From contig JBBAUR010000002.1 in assembly GCA_040398075.1 (NCBI GenBank), positions 61,834 through 125,833 on the forward strand: 64,000 nt of DNA, written 5' to 3'. This DNA comes from Bdellovibrionota bacterium. GTDB taxonomy: Bacteria; Bdellovibrionota_C; UBA2361; OMII01. Position 1 is the first letter of the stretch. Each line of letters starts with the position of its first letter. This document shows positions 57,354 to 64,000 of this stretch, piece by piece. Below the pieces are notes generated by a model. It made no database searches, was not told the DNA's origin, and worked only from the letters and a program-made list of their open reading frames with translations. Made by a program: the position numbers and the translations under genes.

Positions 57354-59678
57354 TCAGAGAATACCAGAGGGCGTGCTCTGAGCTGCAGGACTAGCTCCCA
57401 CTTTTTCCGCACCATCGACAGGCATCCCCAGTCGAAGCTGGATTGCACGCTTGAGCGCTGCATCCTGCTCGCGCGCCAGGCTCTCCTGTAGAACCGCACG
57501 CTCACTTGCAGTTTGTGGATTGAGCTTCGAATATGCCATCGACCTCGCCAGGGGTTCCGGATGTCGGGCCATCAGTTGGAGGATATCGAGAGAGCTCTTC
57601 CAATCGCCTTTTCGCACGTAGCGAGCAGCCTCGAGGTTAAAGAGGTCGGAGCTATCGGTCTGCGCGCGGGCCAGGAGGAGCAACACAACGGCGTCCGGAG
57701 CGGGCTTTGTTTCGAACCAGGCTGCTATGAAGGGCACCCGCTTCTCGGTCGGTAAGCTGAGCGCTGCGACGAGAGCCAGGGTTTGTTCGCGAGTCAATCC
57801 ACCTCGCTCGCCGGAGAGGAGCGTGAAGAGATTTTTGTCAGAGGGCTTGAAAAATCGGCTAACAAGAATCTCAGCCGCTTGCTTGCGTACTCCTGCTAGG
57901 GGGAAGGTCAGCAGATCGGAGTACTGACTCAAGGTCAGCGGACGAACTGGAAACTGATTCAGTATGAGCGCCAGCTTTTCGAAGCTTGGAATAGTCGACC
58001 ACTGCGCGAGATCGTCGATGTCGAACCAGCTCAAAACGGTCCCGATATCTCCCCCCTTGTCGCGCAGCGATGCCAGCATCTGCCGGGCTGATTCCTCACT
58101 CGAACCGAGCAGGGGAAATGCGTTTGCCATTCTAGCCAGTACGGTATTGGTATCGGAATCCTTGCCGAAGTAGGCATCCAGCGCGGTAGCAGTGACCTGC
58201 CCACAAGCGATCGCACTCAATCCGATAGCCTCTGGAGCGCTCAACTTCTGTACGCCGGACTCCCTCAAGTACCGGAACGCCGGTCCCACTGGACCTGGCA
58301 GTTGCTCGATGGTAGCTAGCGAGACCTCATCGAACTCGGTATTGGGGTTAGTGGGTGACATGTGACAGGAGATGGCCAGGATGATCGGAGCTGCAAGCTC
58401 ACCAAAACGTCGCGAGTCCTTGGTACCCTCTGGCAACAGCGGGGCCAGAGTAAGTGCGAGCACGGTGTCCTGATCCGCACTCGACAACTCGTCTCTCCAC
58501 ACGGGATTCAGAGCGGTTCGCAGGAGACCGCTGGGAATACCTGGGGTATTCTTTCCGTCCAAAATGTTCTCTATGACTGTATTTTGAGCAGCTGGGTCGT
58601 GCTCGATTACTGCCGCACGGGCTACGCGGCGCATTCGAACCCTATCTCCACTGACCCAGTCTGCCTCGTACTCCGGGTTTTCGGTGCTGACCGGCAGTGG
58701 CAGGTATCGGGCGAGGTTGAAGTACACTGAGGGAGCTCGATAACGGAGTAAGACAAGGAGTACGACTGCTGCTGACAGGCTCACTACCACGGAGCGAGTT
58801 CTCGAGGGTTTCGAGTCAACGCGCGCTGATACCTGTGTCGAGGAAGGTGTGTGCGAGCTCAAAGGAGCACGCAGCGTATCCTCACGGTTTGATGACGTCC
58901 GCCCCCCTACTACCCTGCCACTTCCGACTACCGGTGCTCTCCTGATCGTCGACTGTTCGCCACCTTGGTTGACAAACGCCTCCTCTACTAGCTCCAACGC
59001 CGGGCGCTGCCGCGGCGATGGTAGGAGCAGTTGATCCACGAGCGCTCGTTGCGAGCTGTTCAACGCATCTCCGAGGATAACTTTCAACGTGCGGGCGAGG
59101 CTGTACAGATCTGCTGAATGGTGAGGTTCGTCGTCGGGGTGCGCCTCCGGTGCACGGTATTCGTCGTTGGTATCGTTGAGCAGCCCGATTCGCGGGTCAA
59201 GGAACACGACCTGTTCGTCGACCGATGCGATATTGGAGAGTGAGATGTGTCCGTGCACCAAGTTTCGTTGAGCAAGAGCACGCACCTGCTCGATGACCTT
59301 GAGAGCCAGCGGAAGCTGCGCATGACCCACCGAGAGCTCTCCGCGTAGTAGGAGATCCTTGAGGGTTGCTTGAACATAAGGCCGTATGAGCAGGAACCGA
59401 TCAAGACCTACGACGCTCTGCACCGTTGTGCTCCAACCAGGAATGACCGTGAAGCCTTGGATATCGCGGATCAGCGAGGTCCGAGTGCTATCGTCAAAGC
59501 TTGGTGAGAAACGATACAACCACACCTTACCCTTGGAGAGCACCAGTGGTCTGATATCCCAGGGAGAATCACCGATGAGCACATTGACGCACACCCCGGA
59601 TGCAGGGATAGAGCGCGCATAAAGCTCGAATACCGGTCGTTGCGCGTCGCTTAGGGCGTCGGGTGACACTAGCCTCAC
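57354..59678 (-). CDS. Membrane-anchored Ser/Thr-kinase-like protein with degenerate catalytic motifs (predicted pseudokinase) and large C-terminal helical-repeat domain
   Basis: LVHGHISLSNI sits in place of HRDLKPxN, DPR in place of DFG, and APE is retained (EYRAPE); DLYSLAR is present. No GxGxxG or VAIK motif was seen. One TM (VVVSLSAAVVLLVLL) is followed by ~440 aa of HEAT-like helices. Confidence 0.6.
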   Translation of the reverse strand: MRLVSPDALSDAQRPVFELYARSIPASGVCVNVLIGDSPWDIRPLVLSKGKVWLYRFSPSFDDSTRTSLIRDIQGFTVIPGWSTTVQSVVGLDRFLLIRPYVQATLKDLLLRGELSVGHAQLPLALKVIEQVRALAQRNLVHGHISLSNIASVDEQVVFLDPRIGLLNDTNDEYRAPEAHPDDEPHHSADLYSLARTLKVILGDALNSSQRALVDQLLLPSPRQRPALELVEEAFVNQGGEQSTIRRAPVVGSGRVVGGRTSSNREDTLRAPLSSHTPSSTQVSARVDSKPSRTRSVVVSLSAAVVLLVLLRYRAPSVYFNLARYLPLPVSTENPEYEADWVSGDRVRMRRVARAAVIEHDPAAQNTVIENILDGKNTPGIPSGLLRTALNPVWRDELSSADQDTVLALTLAPLLPEGTKDSRRFGELAAPIILAISCHMSPTNPNTEFDEVSLATIEQLPGPVGPAFRYLRESGVQKLSAPEAIGLSAIACGQVTATALDAYFGKDSDTNTVLARMANAFPLLGSSEESARQMLASLRDKGGDIGTVLSWFDIDDLAQWSTIPSFEKLALILNQFPVRPLTLSQYSDLLTFPLAGVRKQAAEILVSRFFKPSDKNLFTLLSGERGGLTREQTLALVAALSLPTEKRVPFIAAWFETKPAPDAVVLLLLARAQTDSSDLFNLEAARYVRKGDWKSSLDILQLMARHPEPLARSMAYSKLNPQTASERAVLQESLAREQDAALKRAIQLRLGMPVDGAEKVGASPAAQSTPSGIL

Positions 59679-59777
59679 AAGTATTATCCCCTATTCTCGT
59701 CGTTGTCGCGGTAAGAGCTCAGTGCCCTGCGGTGTGCGGTGATATGTGAGAGGGCCATGCATAAGTGAAAACCCAAG

Positions 59778-60956
59778 CTAGCTCCGCAGTGCCAAGAGCG
59801 AGCCTATCTCTTCCTTGAGCCTGGGTAGAATCTCATCATACGAAAACTGTCCGACAAGCGCTCCTTTGCGCTTAAGATTGACGTGAGTCGGGGCGCACCA
59901 CAACCCCAGATCGGCATCGTCTGTCTCGCCTGGACCGTTCACTCGACACCCCATAACTGCTATCGTGAGTTTCTGGTCGGCGAACTCCTGAGTCATTCCT
60001 CGCACTTTTTGCGCAAGCTCGACGAAAGCTTCGTTCTCTACTCGCGAGCAGGAGGGGCACGAGATGATATTGAGGCCGTCGTGCTCGAATCGCGGCACCG
60101 ATCGGAAACGCCCAGCGTACACATCTTCTATGATCCTCTTTGCCAGGAGCACCTCCTGATGTTTCTCTGCATGAGGAAGGGTAAGTGACACGCGTAAGGT
60201 ATCTCCGATGCCTTGCACTAACAGATTCTCAAAGGCGATACGGGTCTTAATCTCTCCCATTGGAAGCATCCCGGCTTCGGTCACGCCGACGTGTATCGGA
60301 ATCTCTGGGCATTGTACTGCGAAGCGACGGTTGATATCGATCACATCGTTGGGATCAGAGCTCTTGAGCGATACGACGTAGTTGGTAAAGCCGAGTTCTT
60401 CGAGGTATCCGATATGCTCTTTGGCAGACCCGATGGCTACATCGATGGGGTCTTCGCCGCTCTGAGCGAGTGCTGGATCAAGGGAACCAAAATTGACTCC
60501 GATACGGAGCGCTAGGTCGTGCTCTCGGGCGACATCGACGATGTAGGCAACCTTGGTACGTACGGGAACATCTTTCTCGTGATGATACAGGTGTCCTGGG
60601 TTGTAGCGAATCTTCTGCACGTACGGCGCGACGCTCCTGGCCAGCTTGTAGCTTTCCTGAAGGTCGACGACCAAGCGAGCGCCGGTTCGTTTGCGGATCG
60701 CCGCCAAGGCTTCGACATCTCGACGACTGTCGATAGCGATGCGGATGATGTCTGCTCCGTACTCCTCGAGAAGGGCTATCTGGCGGCAGGTGGCCTCGAT
60801 GTCCTGTGTCTTCGTGGCACACATCGACTGCACCGAGATGGGCCCCTCACTGCCGATGATGAGGTCCCCTACCCGCACCGAACGGGTCTTTCGGCGAGTG
60901 ATTCGAGGTGCTGACGAAGCTGATTCTACGATTGGAAGCTCTGATCCGTTTGTCAT
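59778..60956 (-). CDS. ispG: 4-hydroxy-3-methylbut-2-en-1-yl diphosphate synthase
   Basis: [33 protein letters not shown]-terminal Fe-S cysteines [21 protein letters not shown]. Confidence 0.92.
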   Translation of the reverse strand: MTNGSELPIVESASSAPRITRRKTRSVRVGDLIIGSEGPISVQSMCATKTQDIEATCRQIALLEEYGADIIRIAIDSRRDVEALAAIRKRTGARLVVDLQESYKLARSVAPYVQKIRYNPGHLYHHEKDVPVRTKVAYIVDVAREHDLALRIGVNFGSLDPALAQSGEDPIDVAIGSAKEHIGYLEELGFTNYVVSLKSSDPNDVIDINRRFAVQCPEIPIHVGVTEAGMLPMGEIKTRIAFENLLVQGIGDTLRVSLTLPHAEKHQEVLLAKRIIEDVYAGRFRSVPRFEHDGLNIISCPSCSRVENEAFVELAQKVRGMTQEFADQKLTIAVMGCRVNGPGETDDADLGLWCAPTHVNLKRKGALVGQFSYDEILPRLKEEIGSLLALRS

Positions 60957-61247
60957 GGTTACTTACAGGACGATTTTCACTGTCGAATTATCAAAAATAT
61001 TGTATGATCTGTCAGTTATATCAGCCTTTTGCGGTGTTGTCTTCCCGGCCCGAAAGGCGAGCGGGGCTCGTTGAGCGAACGATGGCTGGGGACCACCGGT
61101 GTATCGTTGAGCGCGAGCATACGGGTTGTAAGATATTGAAATAAAACGATTTTGTGATTGGCAGCCGTCGCGCAGAATTCAACGCTTGCTCGTAGGCTGT
61201 CAAGGGACGGTGTTGTAAGCGCTAGTGAATTGGGAGTTTAGGTACCT

Positions 61248-61787
61248 ATGACAGACCAAGAGGACCTGGAAGAGATCTTCGCCAAAATTACCGAGGAGTA
61301 CGAGGAGCCAGTGCCTATCGGCGGACGGTGTGAGAGTACGATTTTTTACAGAGTCGAGGACCTGAGCGACAGCGAGCTCGATGCCTGCGCTCAGTACGTT
61401 GCCCAGCGCATAAGGAATGTGATCTCACCACAACATCCGGAGCTGTTCCTCAAGTTGCCGGGCGGCTATTCGTTCTTTGCCGAGCGGCTGTGTGCGGTTT
61501 ACTCAGAGATGTACAACAAGGGAAAAGAGATTCCGCTCGAGCAATACCTCGAGAGCAAGATGTCCAACGGTCACGGGGAGAAGTACCGAGGGTGCGCTTC
61601 GATCCTGGTAACCGATGTGATAACCACGGCACGTTCGAGTCTAGAAGCTCACACGCGGGCGACCCTGCGCGGTATTCCTGTGCTGTGTTGGGCAACCCTC
61701 ATTGATCGAACCTTTGGGCCGGGGCCGGTCCCTGTGGTTTCGGCGTTCACCGGTGCGCCGGTACGGGTCCTGACTCAGATCGGCTAG
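61248..61787 (+). CDS. Phosphoribosyltransferase-fold protein
   Basis: PRPP-binding-like ASILVTDVITTARS. 179 aa. Confidence 0.5.
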   Translation: MTDQEDLEEIFAKITEEYEEPVPIGGRCESTIFYRVEDLSDSELDACAQYVAQRIRNVISPQHPELFLKLPGGYSFFAERLCAVYSEMYNKGKEIPLEQYLESKMSNGHGEKYRGCASILVTDVITTARSSLEAHTRATLRGIPVLCWATLIDRTFGPGPVPVVSAFTGAPVRVLTQIG

Positions 61788-61929
61788 CTTGACCGGTGGT
61801 TGATTGAGGTTTCGAATAAAGGCTCCTCGTTGAGTCCAGTCGGTAGGGCTCAGTGTTATCCCGACGTGAACGTGCTCGTTATCATCCACTCGAAAAAGCG
61901 ATGATCCCGAATAAATAGCTCGAGGCGAA

Positions 61930-62535
61930 CTATGGTCGCTTGAGGGGTATGACCTTTCCAGTTCCTCCCACAGCCATCCGTGGTGTTGTTACTGGGCTAC
62001 AATCATCGGAGTCTCCTGCACCGTCTGCTTCGTCAAGTATGGCAATCGTTGACACGACCGTAGCAGCCTCCTCCGAGAGTTCAGTTGCCGGTCGCACCAC
62101 CTTGCTGCGGCGTATCAACATGTCAAGCTCATGGTGGGCAGCTTGACCGGCCTGGAGACGTGCTTTGAAGCTAACCAGGTTCACTGATAATGAGGCGGCT
62201 CTGATGAAATCTCCGCGCTCGGCGCAAGCGATAAGCTCCCTTTGAGACTGAACGAGATCACTCTCACTGGACCTCCAGATCGTCTGGAATTCGTTACGGA
62301 GAGCGAATACATCGTAGATCAATTTTTTGGTGTTGGGGGATTCTACCGCCTCGGAGAGTTTGCGCAGTAGAAGGCTATTTACCTCACGCCATTCCTGTAC
62401 CTGAGCAGCCGAGAGCTCTGCGCTGCTCTCCGCTTTGAGGTTGGAAACGGTACCGGCTGAATTGTACAGTCGCAGCGCGCGTCGGCTCTTCTGGATGAGG
62501 GCCAAGACTCGGGCGCGAAAGGACTCTGACTCCAT
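61930..62535 (-). CDS. Hypothetical helical protein
   Basis: 201-aa ORF with no motif recognised. Confidence 0.35.
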   Translation of the reverse strand: MESESFRARVLALIQKSRRALRLYNSAGTVSNLKAESSAELSAAQVQEWREVNSLLLRKLSEAVESPNTKKLIYDVFALRNEFQTIWRSSESDLVQSQRELIACAERGDFIRAASLSVNLVSFKARLQAGQAAHHELDMLIRRSKVVRPATELSEEAATVVSTIAILDEADGAGDSDDCSPVTTPRMAVGGTGKVIPLKRP

Positions 62536-62670
62536 AAACTCCTACCTGACGAAACGGCCTCGGAGGTTAGCAGTGCTGATGACCTAAATCAACCTTAAAC
62601 CGACTCCTAAGCAGAAAAGGGATGACTTTCGGGCTGGTAACGAGATGGCTTTAAGCGCAATAGGCATTCA

Positions 62671-63321
62671 CTACGGAAATGCAGGCCCGATTGAGAATGC
62701 ACTCAAGCACGCCGTGCCGCGCCAGGCGCGCACCGTAATGTCAAGTACTCCGTCATACAGCTCGACGTCCCTTGACACTTTGAACGGTTTATTACACCCC
62801 GCCAGGCCTACGAGATCGATGCTCTTGAGCGCTGTTCCCCCTTCCATCTCGATATCAAAAACGCTCCTGCCAGGGAGTCGTTGATACAGCTCCATAAAGT
62901 AAAACGTAACCGTATACGCCCCCAAGGGCAGGGGTACATGGTATTCAATTGGTCCTTCTCGCGAGCTCCTGCCAGAACTGTACAGCTTTGGAACCAGCGT
63001 TAATCCGTGCCCAGTAGTATCACCGTAGGTAGCGGCCTTGGAGAGTCCGAAATCGCTCTGCCAGACGACTCCTGTGTCGTCGATGAAGCCTGGGCCTCCA
63101 CACTTGATAAACAGCGTCGGTCTGAGTGCAAGGCGCTGTAACCTGCCGAGCTGATCGAGATAGTCACCGTGCGCGGTGTGAGTGGGCACGGGCTTGAGGG
63201 TGGACATAGGTGGGGGTGTTGTAACTCCCGTTTCTCTTCTGGGCGCGCCGGTAACCAACGGAGTGTAGAGCACTGCGTACCATAGGCTAAGAGCAAGCAT
63301 GATTCGATTTCTATGAGCCAT
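62671..63321 (-). CDS. Secreted malectin-domain (carbohydrate-binding) protein
   Basis: Signal peptide. FIKCGGPGFIDDTGVVWQSDFG..LYSSGR..YHVPLPLGAYTVTFYFMEL..GRSVFDIEMEG matches the malectin pattern (NCGG..D..G..W..D; Y.V.LhF.E; RvFdv). Confidence 0.65.
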   Translation of the reverse strand: MAHRNRIMLALSLWYAVLYTPLVTGAPRRETGVTTPPPMSTLKPVPTHTAHGDYLDQLGRLQRLALRPTLFIKCGGPGFIDDTGVVWQSDFGLSKAATYGDTTGHGLTLVPKLYSSGRSSREGPIEYHVPLPLGAYTVTFYFMELYQRLPGRSVFDIEMEGGTALKSIDLVGLAGCNKPFKVSRDVELYDGVLDITVRAWRGTACLSAFSIGPAFP

Positions 63322-63640
63322 GAACTCATTTGTAGGCTACTCCCTCGGATCCGGGTAGGATCTCGAGCATTGAGCGTTACGTGCATACGCACAGCAAGGG
63401 GGCCAACGCGAGCTCACGGGTGCTCTTGCAGCCTTATCCTCTTACTGTGCCGCGTTGCTGCTTCTATGTGAGCAGAGCCCGTTCTCGAGCGACCCTCCCC
63501 TCACGCTGCCTGAATCCGGCAAGCTACTCCCCGCGACTGCCAAAGGGACAGAGATATTAAACGATTCCGAGGTTATTGCTCGGAGTCAAAGTCGCAAGCT
63601 ATCAGCTACCCTTCGCCCGTGATCGGTTTTGGTTCGCCAC

Positions 63641-63985
63641 CTATACAATAGTAAACGCCTGCTCGGGGCTGAACTTGGTTGCACGCTCCCGTTTACCGTC
63701 AGTGTATCGAACCCGGTACTTGGTGGTGTAGGAACCGCTCTTCAATCCGCGCAGGGTGAACTTGTTGGTCTTGGAACGCCGCACGAGGTTCTTGCCGTTA
63801 CCGCTGACTCGGATTACGTACTCTACCTTCGGCTTCTTACGTGCGGAGGCAACAACCGCGGCAGTGCTTCGGAGCGCTTTGGCCGGTTGGCGAAATATAA
63901 ACTTCTCCATCAATATCGTTACGCTCCTATCTACGACCTCGAGCACCGGAGCTGCCGGAGCGAGTTGTGGACTGACCGGTCGCAA
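63641..63985 (-). CDS. C-terminal part of a protein with an FN3/Ig-like beta-sandwich end (N-terminus may lie beyond the window)
   Basis: ORF open almost to the window edge. EYVIRVSGNGKN..FTLRGLKSGSYTTKYRVRYTDG. Confidence 0.3.
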   Translation of the reverse strand: MRPVSPQLAPAAPVLEVVDRSVTILMEKFIFRQPAKALRSTAAVVASARKKPKVEYVIRVSGNGKNLVRRSKTNKFTLRGLKSGSYTTKYRVRYTDGKRERATKFSPEQAFTIV

Positions 63986-64000
63986 TGGCTCAACACCTAT

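Overview
64-kb chromosomal window from a moderately GC-rich diderm bacterium. Outer-membrane barrels, lipoboxes and Sec/TAT signals are present; I cannot assign a taxon by eye. No rRNA, tRNA or CRISPR array was recognised. The window has five blocks. (1) 1-9.6 kb holds core-like genes: a PAS histidine kinase and a hybrid receiver-kinase, a MerP/MerT-like metal module with an OM barrel, yciH, and two alkaline-phosphatase-superfamily enzymes. (2) 9.6-25 kb is a decayed accessory mosaic. It has one apparently intact RayT/IS200-like Y1 transposase, remnants of three other IS families, a nonsense-mutated DUF4143 ATPase, about 90-bp direct repeats, orphan genes, a collagen-like glycine-rich secreted protein, and a roughly 590-nt ORF-free GC-rich stretch. 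(3) 25.8-39.4 kb holds cysD-cysNC followed on the same strand by a 1.2-kaa double glycosyltransferase with an N-terminal array of PHPLFD repeats, then an FMN reductase, a PQQ-type dehydrogenase with PKD domains, a phosphate porin and pstS. (4) 39.5-57.1 kb is the most interesting part. It is a compact type IV secretion-like locus with F-like synteny (TraL-E-K-B-V-lipoprotein-TraC), a divergent operon encoding a coupling protein and a 691-aa unknown membrane protein, an SH3b/M23 peptidoglycan module and a distal pilin-like gene. I could not recognise a relaxase, integrase, VirB6/TraG, VirB11 or the F-specific TraF/H/N/U/W genes. (5) 57.3-64 kb holds a membrane-anchored predicted pseudokinase, ispG, a PRTase-like gene and a malectin-domain protein. 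All functional calls rest on motifs read by eye from the translations; no database search was possible.
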